A stretch of 64,000 nt of DNA from Macrostomum lignano (lineage: Eukaryota), in NCBI GenBank assembly GCA_002269645.1, contig NIVC01002355.1:62001-126000 (forward strand), written 5' to 3'. This document shows, in pieces, positions 1 through 12,013 of the stretch. The notes beneath the pieces are model-generated. The model searched no databases and was not told the origin of the DNA. It saw only the letters and a program-made list of their open reading frames with translations. Each line of letters starts with the position of its first letter. The stretch's first letter is position 1. The translations under genes were made by a program, and so were the position numbers.

Positions 1-1227
1 AGAATACCTCAGGCCCTTCGTAAAAACTGTTGCATCATAATGCCAAGGCTTTAAGATAGTCGGACTTGAAGCAGAGAGGAATACAAGCCCGTTTTATCTC
101 TCTCTTTTCTCTCAGCCCTGTGTGGCTCTCCCCCACCCCTGGCTTGTCTGCTCTGCTCTGCGGGCCACTCTGATTGGCGTTGCTCCTTACCCTGCTTCCC
201 TTTCTCTCCTCTTTTTGTTCGGGCCGGTTTTGAGTATATTTATTAGCCGACTCAGCTGGAGTTGAGTTTGCTCCTGCTTCGCCCGGTTTTGATGCCAATT
301 GAGATTTAAAAGCTTTTCAAATAAAGAGACGCAGTAGTGGAGTCTGCAAAAATCCATTTCATTACGAAGTGACTAGAAATAAACAGACTAAATACCAGCG
401 GCAAATACAATCAAGGCTGTTGCAATTCGAACTGACTCTACCGGTAAGTGCTTCCTGTATTTATCCTTTCGGAATTGACAGAACTGCTACCATACTCCTA
501 TCAGTAAAGGCCAGCGCGTACTGTCTACTTTACACTAGGCCTGCTCCGTTTTCAACGAGCCTGAAACCAATATTGTTCATAATGAAATCGAAAAGGTGTC
601 TAGCGATTCAGCTTTCCCAGAGTAGCTTTGTAAATGTACTACTAATTGAGGGCAATTATCGTGTTTTTTATTTTATTAGCCGACAATCGCTCACGCTTCT
701 CGATGCGGGACTATTATGCAGTAGGACGCAACCATGGAGAACTGAAGTAGAAGTACACATTTTTTTCGACTCCGCGGTTTTAGGGGCCAAGAAATTCTTG
801 GCTGGGAAAAACAATCCTAATTACGTCTAGTATTGATGCTGCAATAAACAACTCGAGTCGAAGGACGCTTCCCACAAAACTCGTAAAATTTTCGCACAAA
901 GTGCTCCGGAAAGATGGGATTTTTTGCGGGAGACCCTCCGCCGCGTCGCTGCTTCGTGCTCGCTGCCACCCCGCTGCCTTTGCCCCCTGTCTGCTGATTG
1001 CACTTCTTAATATAATGGTTGCAGTTCAATTAATTTTTTTTAAAATGGTTTAACCGTTCGATCAGAAAATGTTAAGATTCTGTACGAGCCTAAACGGCAT
1101 TGTGGCTAAGAAATTGCTTAGAAATTGAAATCGATACTTTTGCATGATCGGTTGCTTGTGATCAAAATTGGCACAGTGAAAAGCCCTTGAAAAACTAGCC
1201 AGCACCACGCCTACGCCTTTGTTAAGC

Positions 1228-2895
1228 CAGCAGGGGCTTTAGCACCAGGGGCTTTAGCACCAGGGGCTTTAGCACCAGGGGCTTTAGCACCAGGGGCTTT
1301 AGCACCAGGGGCTTTAGCACCAGGGGCTTTAGCAGCAGGGGCTTTAGCTCCAGGGGCTTTAGCAGCAGGGGATTTAGCAGCAAGGGCTTTAGCACCAGGG
1401 GCTTTAGCACCAGGGGCTTTAGCACCAGGGGCTTTAGCACCAGGGGCTTTAGCACCAGGGGCTTTAGCACCAGGGGCTTTAGCACCAGGGGCTTTAGCAC
1501 CAGGGGCTTTAGCACCAGGGGCTTTAGCAGCAGGGGCTTTAGCTCCAGGGGCTTTAGCAGCAGGGGATTTAGCAGCAAGGGCTTTAGCACCAGGGGCTTT
1601 AGCAGCAAGGGCTTTAGCACCAGGGGCTTTAGCACCAGGGGCTTTAGCACCAGGGGCTTTAGCACCAGGGGCTTTAGCACCAGGGGCTTTAGCACCAGGG
1701 GCTTTAGCACCAGGGGCTTTAGCACCAGGGGCTTTAGCACCAGGGGCTTTAGCTCCAGGGGCTTTAGCAGCAGGGGCTTTAGCAGCAGGGGCTTTAGCAG
1801 CAAGGGCTTTAGCACCAGGGGCTTTAGCACCAGGGGCTTTAGCACCAGGGGCTTTAGCACCAGGGGCTTTAGCACCAGGGGCTTTAGCACCAGGGGCTTT
1901 AGCACCAGGGGCTTTAGCACCAGGGGCTTTAGCACCAGGGGCTTTAGCACCAGGGGCTTTAGCACCAGGGGCTTTAGCACCAGGGGCTTTAGCACCAGGG
2001 GCTTTAGCACCAGGGGCTTTGGCACCAGGGGGCTTTAGCACCAGGGGCTTTAGCAGCAGGGGCTTTAGCTCCAGGGGCTTTAGCAGCAGGGGATTTAGCA
2101 GCAGGGGCTTTAGCACCAGGGGCTTTAGCACCAGGGGCTTTAGCACCAGGGGCTTTAGCACCAGGGGCTTTAGCACCAGGGGCTTTAGCACCAGGGGCTT
2201 TAGCACCAGGGGCTTTAGCACCAGGGGCTTTAGCACCAGGGGCTTTAGCACCAGGGGCTTTAGCACCAGGGGCTTTAGCACCAGGGGCTTTAGCACCAGG
2301 GGCTTTAGCACCAGGGGCTTTAGCACCAGGGGCTTTAGCACCAGGGGCTTTGGCACCAGGGGGCTTTAGCACCAGGGGCTTTGGCACCAGGGGGCTTTAG
2401 CACCAGGGGCGCCAGCACCAGGGGCGCCAGCACCAGGGGCGCCAGCACCAGGGGCGCCAGCACCAGGGGCGCCAGCACCAGGGGCGCCAGCACCAGGGGC
2501 GCCAGCACCAGGGGCGCCAGCACCAGGGGCGCCAGCACCAGGGGCGCCAGCACCAGGGGCGCCAGCACCAGGGGCGCCAGCACCAGGGGCGCCAGCACCA
2601 GGGGCGCCAGCACCAGGGGCGCCAGCACCAGGGGCGCCAGCACCAGGGGCGCCAGCACCAGGGGCGCCAGCACCAGGGGCGCCAGCACCAGGGGCGCCAG
2701 CACCAGGGGCGCCAGCACCAGGGGCGCCAGCACCAGGGGCGCCAGCACCAGGGGCGCCAGCACCAGGGGCGCCAGCACCAGGGGCGCCAGCACCAGGGGC
2801 GCCAGCACCAGGGGCGCCAGCACCAGGGGCGCCAGCACCAGGGGCGCCAGCACCAGGGGCGCCAGCACCAGGGGCGCCAGCACCAGGGGCGCCAG
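1228..2895. repeat. 15-bp minisatellite, ~110 units (AGCACCAGGGGCTTT, switching to AGCACCAGGGGCGCC after ~2408)
   Basis: Direct reading of the tandem units; explains all the PGAKA/KPLVL/STRG ORFs in the track. Confidence 0.97.
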
Positions 2896-2959
2896 ATGAT
2901 GCAATATAATGCTACTTTTACGTAATTACTAAGCATACCAACCATCAATAGCCGCCTTC

Positions 2960-3345
2960 TCTTGCAGTTCGCAAAGGTGACCAGGCGGGCAGGGGGGGGG
3001 GGGCTTGCGGAACGGGGTGTTCGCCAGGTCTAACTGGTCAAGCAGGTCCTCTAGCACATCGGTGTTGGGGTTCTCGCGTCCAGCGACAAAGGGCGAGCGC
3101 TTGGACCACTGCGGAACTGCATTCAGGTCTCCGAACACCGCCAGCGTGTCGCGATTTGGCACCTCTTCCAGCTGCTCAGCCAGGCAGTCGAAGAAGGTAC
3201 GACCCTCCTCGGGGTGAGCAGCGGTGGGTGCGTACGCGCGGGAACAGCCGGATGCAGCGGGCTTGCAGGCGCAGGTCAACCCGCATCAGTCGCTTGGACA
3301 GCGAAGTGCAGTGCACGCTCTGCTCAAAGCGCGGTCGAGTTCCTG
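2960..3345 (-). mobile_element. Frameshifted fragment of a non-LTR retrotransposon (RTE-like) APE endonuclease region
   Basis: Translations LSKRLMRVDLRLQARCIRL and AYAPTAAHPEEG...VFGDLNA...NPNTDVLEDLL..LDL.NT.FRKP match the YAPT, GDxNA and L..NT.F.K motifs of LINE endonucleases. Confidence 0.8.
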
Positions 3346-4029
3346 CTACATTTTCGCTCATAACTTTTGTTTCCATTGTCAGTTTTTAATGATATTAAAG
3401 TTAACATAAAGAAGAGAGTTGTCGATACAAAATTGTGCAAAATTATGTCATTAGGATTATCAGATTGAGAGATGTAATGAAAAGTACCACTACTTTTGGG
3501 ACAGCTCCCGCATAATGGCTTTCAAATATAATGGCTCGCAAATATTATGGCTTTTGGGACAGCCCTCGCCCCTCGCAAAAAAGTCGACCTCGCAGTCGAT
3601 GCAAGTCGACTTGCGCCTGCGCGCCCGCTGCATCAGGCAAAAGCTCCATTACTTTTCGAAAGTATGTCTTGCATTAAATCAAATGCGCGTAAGCCCAGAT
3701 GGGCTGCAAAAGCTATATCTATTGTGCTCCTCTGTCAAGCCAGAGTTGGATATTCATTATCAATTGGTTGATCATCGATAATTCTTGATTGAAGCAGGCT
3801 CCATTATATTTAAAATTTCGATTTTTATAGAGGAATCATAACAACGATTTAGACTAAAATCGTCGTTAGATTGCGTTTAAATTGTGTAGTTTAGACTCAG
3901 TTGAACGTTAGAACATTTTTGATGAATATATTAAAATTGAGTTTCAATTTTCAGTTTGTTCAGAGTATACTCGAGAATCAAACACATTCCGTGACGAAAT
4001 TAATCCAACGGTTTTGGTCAGTTTTGCAC

Positions 4030-4795
4030 CTAGTTGACGATGGTGTAGAGCTCAAGTTCGCAGATGTTGAGCGATTGCGAGAATCGATGGGCGATCCGGA
4101 ACGTGCTACCAAAGGCGTTGCAGCTAAACGAGCCAATTTTATAGGTCTTGACCTGGTTCAACACGTTGCACACGACGCCGTCCACCTGTAGGTTGACATT
4201 ACTCAGCCGGCCATCGCAGCAATCCTGCCGGTTGTAGATCGTGACGTAGGAGATGAGGGCAGGAGCCGCCAGGTGCGCCTCCCACCAACCGGCGTATCCG
4301 TCGAGGGTATGAGAGCAGGATTTATAGTACAAATTGGGATTCTTGTTTCCGTCGATGGCTCGTTCGCACACGTGGCCGCCCTGATCGGAGCTTTGGTTGC
4401 ACCCGGCGATTTGGAGCATTTCTGAAGGTACGAGAGGATTTTATTTACAAATTATTTTACGTGATTTCAACCTAGAAAGAAGGTTATCACAACATGATGC
4501 CCTCACCGCTCTTTATAGTGTACACATCACACTCATCCGAGCGCTCCCACACGTCACTAAAGAAAGCTGACAAGTCGAAGACGCGGCACAGGCCCTTCAA
4601 CCAGTTGAAGCCGAAGCAATTTGACTTCTTCGTGCAGATTTCTGCGCAGTTCAGTCGGTTGTTGCTCGGCGTGGTTTCTATTGCGACAGGAGCCGAAACG
4701 CTGCGCTGTTTGACAGCAGTGAACACGATTTTGGCATCGAATCGCTCCAAAACGCCAGCAAAGATCAGCAGAAGTAAAAGGTTCGTGCAATGCAT
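4030..4795 (-). CDS. Secreted PAN/Apple + F-type lectin protein, copy 1 (exons 4795-4507 and 4421-4030; 85-bp phase-1 intron)
   Basis: Signal peptide MHCTNLLLLLIFAGV; PAN Cys pattern CAEIC..CFGFNW..LC..W..C..Y; donor G|GTGAGG and acceptor TTCAG|AA join in frame; exon 2 has AIDG, CSHT, WW and an exact HX26RXDX4R fucose motif (H..RQDCCDGR). Confidence 0.9.
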
Positions 4796-7700
4796 TATTG
4801 GTTCTATTCAGCCGTACACGGTTTGCGAGGGGAGTCTCTATAGATGATCGCCGTTTGCATTTTAGCTGCGACTTCAAGAGCAACTGATATACTGATGAGG
4901 TCTTGGCTTACTTTTTGCTTGTCGCACGTATTATTGGATCCGCGGTAGATAAGCCAATAATTTTTCTCGGATTATCTATATAAAAATGTAGTTTTTAATA
5001 CAAAAAGACAGAATTTTGTTGATTCATGATTCATGTGTTTTTGGAAGTCATTTTTTAGCATGCAGAATCTGTTTATTTCTCATATAAGAGTCTAGTCAAT
5101 GCAGGAACTTGAGAGAGCAGAGATAACCAGGATGCTCGTCTCGTCAAACGACGGTTGAAGCCAGAGGCTGCTCTGTAACTTCCTGTTTCACGGTCGCTAG
5201 GATATGGTAAAAACCAAGGCTGCAAAGAAGCCTTTCGGTTGGACTTTCTGGTTCTGCTCGCATTTCCCATCTTCTACAATGATGCATTGCTTTGCAAGCC
5301 GGATGGTGGGAAACTTTTGCACTGCACTGGGTTGAAAGGTTTTTATTGTTGATATTGTATTCAGGGGCAATCTGCATAGGCTTCTCTGGCGCATCGTATT
5401 AAGCAAAGTAAAAAAAGTTTACTGCAGTTTTTTCCCTTCATTCGTTTCCTACTTCTCCCTTCCTGCTCAGCATATGAAATTTCCATGAGACAAGAGTCTG
5501 TATCGGTAGTGAAGGTTTCTTCTTTCTACGTATTCTCAATAATTTTTGTATTGTCGATTTGATTCTAGCCGAAAAATCTCAATAAAATTTTTCCTGACAA
5601 AATTGTCATTTTAACTTGAATTTCGACACATCTGAAAATCAACAAGATGTAAAAAAGAGAAGATCACGAAGATTGTCGGAGAAATTTGAAATTTTGGCAA
5701 ACAAAAACTATAACTGAAAAGCATCAATGCAGTACGTAGTACGTGTGGATAATTCTGAAGTCAGTTATTCCTCAAAAATCATCTTTCAGAAAAAACAGTG
5801 CGGAGAAGCTGTGCAAACTAAAAATTAGGCCAAAATTCACTTCTAAGCTCACTTGCCCTGCTTGTTACATCTCAAAACGCTTGAGGGCGACTTAAGCTGA
5901 CTCCACTAGCTGCTGTGTCTGTAACCAGGCTGTTGCCAGTACGTCCTCTGCTCTGCCTCGACTATTTTGCTAAACTGCACTACACTGCACTACACAACTT
6001 CTTTGATAGCCGCATTGAATGTAATTTTGAGTTCACGTTCAGAAATTGGCGATATGTGTCTTGTCACACCCTGAATTCATGAACCGCATTGTCAGGGAAA
6101 GGACCAGTCTGCCCCCCACCCCCTATCTTTACAGCCTAGACATGGCAATGAGTTCTTTACTGCAACAATTTGTTTTCTTCGAATACGCAACAAAGTATAA
6201 CGCAGTGCAGTGGGAAGAACGACGAGGAGGTCAAAGCGTAATAAAATGAAGGTAAAAAGCTGAGAACATTTTAGAAAATATAGAATAATCAATGTCAGTG
6301 TCACAAACTAGAGCATAGTAAAATTACTTCTTACGAGATTAAAAATGTTTATGTTGAAAAAGTGTGAGAAAAATTAAATAGTATTAAAACAATATCTAAA
6401 AATAAGACTTCTTATAGACTGTTAAAAATTCTTTTACTTTTTGAACAGGCTTCTTATTAACTCTTCAAAATACGGGTGTTGAACTCTCCGGTTGCTTTAA
6501 CAACAAAGATACAGGCGACCCATATAGCTGGAATTCGCACGGACTCAACTCCTAGGCGACTTACTAGGCGAACTCGACTGCCGTAGCCAAAGCTTTTGAG
6601 CGCCAGCACAGAGAAGTACTGAACCCTGCTGTCCTCCTTGGCACATTCCATGCCGTTGACGAATAGAGTAAATTTGTTGAGATTTTCCAAGCTCATGTCA
6701 AGCCTGTTGTAGATGCGACAGCCGTCGTTTCAGCCTGCCATCAGAGACAAATTCAGATTTGTGTAAGAAAACGAAATCTTGCTGAAAAAAAGTAGATATG
6801 TTGAACAATCGGCAGGAAGAGCGCTAGCCATCGCTTGCCAGTAGAATTCGAAACAGACATATCACTGAGTCCTGCACAGCAGGGATCACTGCAGCTCGCT
6901 CTGTACGGCTTGCACAGACTGGTAGGGTGTCGGCATCATCAAAGCATCGGAGCTCGCTAGGTTGAAGCATTTCTTATCGAATAGGTGATAGCGATGGACC
7001 CAATAAGCTTCAAATTGCGCTAGGATTGCTTCAATCTTAGCTCACGACATTCAACAGCCTTTGTGAGTTTCTGAAACTGCAGAAAACTCTAATTAACGTT
7101 AATGGAATCTCTGATATTTTTATAATTTGAATGGTCAATTCTACGCCCAGCTGCTATGCCACAGGTATTTTGCATCGCATTGTTCACCCCAGAGACCAGA
7201 TCTGTAACTGTCAGTAGGACTTGAGCAGGCTGTCAAATGCGGTGAAACCGGCACAGCAACTGGGCCTACCAAAGCCCAAGGCTTTGTAGCTGTTTACTGC
7301 GGCTGCTAGTTATTAAAGTTAATCAAAATGCATTTACAGGTTCTTATCAAAATCGGAATCAGAAAAATTTCACTGGATCTGACCCCCCTAAGATCGCGGA
7401 CGAGCAGCAAGGTCCTATAGCTAAGAAAAGACGGTGAGAGACTTAGAATTAGATTAGATAATCCGAGGAACAAGTTTACTCCATTCAAACTAGCTCACCA
7501 ACCCAGATCTTTCTGTTTCCGACTAGGAGAGCTCTGGATCAACGTGCTAAATAGTGTCTTTTTATTGTCAATCTCGAATTCATAGCCGAAAAAGGACTTT
7601 TTGCAGGGGGTTCTTGTAAAGACGAGACTACGAGCTCTAGGGCTGGGGTGTTCTATTATATTATTAAATTCCTCTATGCAAGCTTCTGGCCATAAATGTG

Positions 7701-8127
7701 ACTACAAACTCTCCAAAAGCACTGATTCAGAGCAGTCGTGGCCCTCTGCAGACCCTAACTGGTGAATTCTATATCAAATAAGCCGATTTGATGCCTGTGT
7801 GAGCACTAAAGTACAAGACAGTGTTGAATTCGAATTTAAAATGATTGATTTGTTAATCGACTGAAAACTGTTTGACCATTGGGTGCACTGGAAGCCTCAC
7901 CATAGTTACTCAGCTGAGGTCGTATTGCCGATCAAAGAACGATAGCGCAATAAATTATCCTGTCAGCTTTGACTTTCTCGCTAAATTTGCCTTATCAAAT
8001 GTAGAGATCTCCAAGCATAGTAGCCTACTAAAAGTAGCAAGATAAAAACATGAATACCATTTAAAACTAACATGCGTCATACTCTATTTTCAGTAATGCA
8101 TGCAATATCACGTAAACAGCGAGTGAT

Positions 8128-9590
8128 TGTTACATAGTCCAAAAAACCGGTTTTCAACCTAAATTTCCAAATATGGTAAAGGTCAAGTTAAATGCGATCT
8201 AGGCTTCACCCCTTTCCTATGTAAAACCCCACCGGTCAAGAGACAAAGTTCATCTTTTGACTCTTATCAATAAAACCAGTTTGAAGCTCAAGGTCGAATG
8301 AAATCGTGTATAAATACAAGCAAAAATCCGAGCTGAAACCTCAGACTCGGAGAAGCCTTAAGAGATCTCAGGCTTAGCCAGAGTTACTAAGCAAGGCTAT
8401 ATCTCTGAGAGAGACAAACACCAATTGGTAAGCCTTTGTTCGAGTCTTTGTTATTTGAAGTCTTTGTTGTTCGATTATTGAGAGCTGTGTCATTGCCGGC
8501 CGTTACTGATAAGTCGATTTATTGAGTTATTGAATTTGAGGCCTCCCTATTCCTAAGGGATTGGATAGGATCTGCGGATCGATTCCGATACTCTTAGTCG
8601 ATTACTGACTGATTGATTTTGGTACCCTAGAGTAACCGATAGGAGCAAACGACTCCGATTCCGTTATTTCTAGAAGAAGACGCCCTTTCGGAGGACCTCG
8701 TTATTGTTATAGAGTTGACTTTGTTATTAGGGCGCATCTCTGCACTCGAGGAATATATTGATTTCTGCACTCGAGGAATATATCGATTTCTGCACTCGAG
8801 GAATATACTGACGTCGACGGACTAAGTTATTAAGCTCTCATATTCGGCCGATTCTATAATTCAAGAAGACCACTCCGGAGGAAGAATATTTGAAGAGACG
8901 AGCTCGGAGAACCTGCCCGACAAAGAAGAGGAGCCCGCATCAGTAAGTGAACACTGAACTTTGTTCCCAGGCTTGAGGTCTGGAAGTGGGAGTTCGTACG
9001 TTTAGACACTAGATTAATTTCTCTCTCTCTTCTCTTTCTCTCTCTCTCTTTCCCTCTCTCTCTAGTGTGCTAAAGCGAACTCTTCACAAAGAGCTTAAAC
9101 TAATTCAGAGCTGTAGGGGTTCATTCATTCATAAATTGCTACTGTAAGAAGAGTAACGCAAACACGCACAGCAAAACTTAAACTATGAATCATGTTACTA
9201 TTTATATTTTGCAAAGTTTGTGTATAAGTACAAGCGAAAATCCGAGCTGAACTCTCAGACTCGGAGCAGCCTCAAGAGGTTTTGAGCTTTGCTAGAGCAG
9301 CCAAACGAGGCTATATCTCCGAGTGAGACCAATACCAATTAGTAAGCCTTTGTTGAAGTCTTTGTTCTTCGATTATTGAGAGCTGAGTTATTGCCGGTTG
9401 GTTGAGTTATTGATCAGTGGATTTCTATTGAGTTATTGAATTGAGGCCTCCCTATTCTTTAGGGATTGGATAGGATCCACTGGGCCGATTTCGATACTCT
9501 TAGACGATTTATTGATTTGAGTGACTTAGTACCTTAGAGTAACAGATAGGAGCTAACGACTCCAACTCCGATACGGGTGAAACGTGAGTC
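8128..9590. repeat. Pair of diverged ~350-bp direct repeats (~8305-8665 and ~9220-9570) with an internal 3x26-bp tandem (8739-8815); LTR-like relic
   Basis: Collinear blocks GTATAA.TACAAGC.AAAATCCGAGCTGAA...GGCCTCCCTATTC...GACTCC in both copies; TATA-like start; CTGCACTCGAGGAATATA triplicated. Confidence 0.65.
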
Positions 9591-10344
9591 ACGTGATTTT
9601 TCCACACCCCGTATCGCTTATACACACGACAGCCCCGCATGTCAGGTGGCTTCCAAAAACCTTAATCAAATATCTGATAGTAGGAATCAATCAGGAAAGA
9701 TCGAGGATAGAAACAGCAAATAGCTTGTAGATAAGAGGGAAGGAAAAATGCCATTTTAATTACATTAGTAATGACAGTACAAAGACAGGGGATTTTTTGC
9801 CGACACATCTGGGCTGAAAGTCCGTCCTCACTACTGCTTTATGGAAAAGTACGTCTACTTTCCTATTATAGTTACTGCTTGATCCGTATCAACTCGTATC
9901 TGTCTCCACCAAATATTGCTTTTGGTGACAGAGTGCTCGCTGAGAGATAACGACAGCTTCAGACAGCCAATCTCTACAGTGGCTTCCATGTTTCGGGAGT
10001 ACAGCAGCTGCTCAGCAACGCGGCAGTATCATTAAGAGCTGGAATCCTGTCTAACGAGCCCCCGTCAGGAAACATTCTGTATATACACCCCTTTCATTCT
10101 AAAATGTTTGTCTATTCAAGTTGTGTTCCTATCGACAATTAGGCCTGTAGCATGCAGTAGTTGGGTGGGAGGAATTAAGGCAGCTGGTGACACTCGTGCC
10201 TGAGAGAATGGCAAGCTGACAGCTTGACAACAAGGCTTAAATTAAGCCTGCTTAGCTGAGTGCGTGCGGAAAAGCAGAAAAGTTGAATTTCTGGGCTGAT
10301 GCAATTCAGCACTAAAGCGGTATGGGGGGATGGGGAGACGTTGC

Positions 10345-10410
10345 CCATCAAGAGACAGGGGCGCCCATCAAAGAGTCAGGGGCACCCATCAAAAGACAGG
10401 GGCTCCCACC
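10345..10410. repeat. Short AAGAGACAGGGGCGCCCA-type minisatellite of a dispersed repeat family (related runs at ~37610-37670 and ~42965-43010)
   Basis: Same motif recurs 1-3 times at each of three loci. Confidence 0.55.
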
Positions 10411-10510
10411 CAACACCAAACACAAAATATTGAGATATAAATGACACCAAATAGTTGCGCCCGTTACGGTTCCGGCTTTTTCCAAAAATAAAATTACTGC
10501 GTACGCCACT

Positions 10511-10780
10511 GCGCCGTCGGCGACTCCAGCTCGCAGGCCATCTCATCCGCGCCGAGTCGTACTGCCCACAGCCGGTGCAGGAGGTGCTGCTGCTCACGCT
10601 GCAGGCACCCTACCGGCGAGGTCAAGCGCGAACTCGGCGTTACGTCGACTGTCTGCTGGCTGACGCCGGCGCGCCGGACACTGCCGGTGGCGCGGCCTTT
10701 GTTCGCGCCCAAGCCATGAAGCGCGCCCTGTGACGCTGACTTTTGCCATCCTGACAGCGTATTTTGTTGTTGTTGTTGTT
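10511..10780 (+). mobile_element. 5'-truncated RTE-like LINE 3' end with (GTT)n tail and 10-bp TSD
   Basis: LRRRRLQLAGHLIRAE...PYRRGQARTRRYVD C-terminus; GTT tail; GTACGCCACT at both 10501-10510 and 10781-10790. Confidence 0.9.
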
Positions 10781-11214
10781 GTACGCCACTAGGCACTGCA
10801 GATCGTGGATGGCATGCATGCAGGGGGATGTCTGATAGAACAGATTTAATCCGTTGTATTCGCGTCGACCAAAAGTTTTTCGAGAAGGTCGACTGAAGGT
10901 AAAATCGATTTTAAATTGACGTTGTTTCCAGCCCTTATAAAGCATGTCAAGCATTTGCTGGTTAATAAAATACTAGTTAGATAGTCATTTAGTTTGGAAA
11001 AAAACGACCTTTAACATTTATTTTTTCTACAGATGCACTTTTACTAAGGATTCATGATTGACGGCTATTTCGCGTGAGTGATCAGGCAACAGCCAATGAA
11101 AGCCATCGCGCACTTAAATTCTAAGAAGTCTCACTGATACGTGAAAAGTTAGCTTTAAAAGCTGAATATTTGTACCGAATCCTGTTCAGCAGGTTATATC
11201 AAGCTAGTAAGCAA

Positions 11215-12013
11215 ATGGCTAGTAACTTTAATAAAGTTATTTCCCTGCTACTCTGTGGCACAGTTCTGCTTGGTGACGTATCGCAGCAGCAGGTTACATT
11301 CAAGCGTTTTAAACAGCGCAGTTTAATCGCTCCAGCCTCCATCGGATCTGCCGCTCTAGACAGACTGTTGTGCGCTGAGCACTGCTCAAAAATACCCAAC
11401 TGCTACGGATTCAGCTGGTTGCTGCATCTGTGCCGATTCTTCAACCGGACAGCGTATAGAACCAAGGCCTGGCATCCATCGGCCAGTTGCGACCTATACT
11501 CTCGGCCACTCGGTAAGGCTTCTGCTGTCCGACGTAATTATTTTGTCTCCTTCAATTAGCTTATAACTGAAATTCCCTTCCTTTCGAATCCCAGTAGACA
11601 GTGCGGAATTGCAACAGCTTGACTTCTCTGGCTGCCAGCAAAGTTCGCAGCGACGCGACGCCTCCTGTGTGCGCGCCATCAATGGAGATGCCAAGCAAAA
11701 CTTCAAGTACGGATCCTGCTCTCACACAAGCGAGCGACCGGAAATGTTTCCAGCCTGGTGGGAGGCTAAGCTGCGGATTGCTGCTCATGTCTCTTTCGTC
11801 ACCATTTACAACAGGCAGGACTGCTGCGCTCACCGTCTCAACAAATTCTCGCTGCAGGTGGACGGCGTCGAGTGCAACCGAGTGAGCCTGAGACTGCCGT
11901 TCTCCGTGGCCAACTTTAGCTGCAATGCTTACGGCAGCCGAGTTCGAATATTGAGCCTGAAAGATGATAGCCTCACTATCTGCGAGTTTGAAGCCTTTGG
12001 ATTCTACAAGTGA
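11215..12013 (+). CDS. Secreted PAN/Apple + F-type lectin protein, copy 2 (exons 11215-11512 and 11595-12013; 82-bp phase-1 intron)
   Basis: Signal peptide MASNFNKVISLLLCGTVLLG; PAN Cys pattern; donor G|GTAAGG and acceptor CCCAG|TA in frame; CSHT...WW...YNRQDCCAHR motif (H-X29-R). Confidence 0.9.

Noticed and set aside
1211-2948. Long ORFs of PGAKA, KPLVL, STRG and WRPWC repeats
   Set aside because: Products of a stop-poor 15-bp satellite, open in many frames on both strands, with no unique coding flanks or splice context
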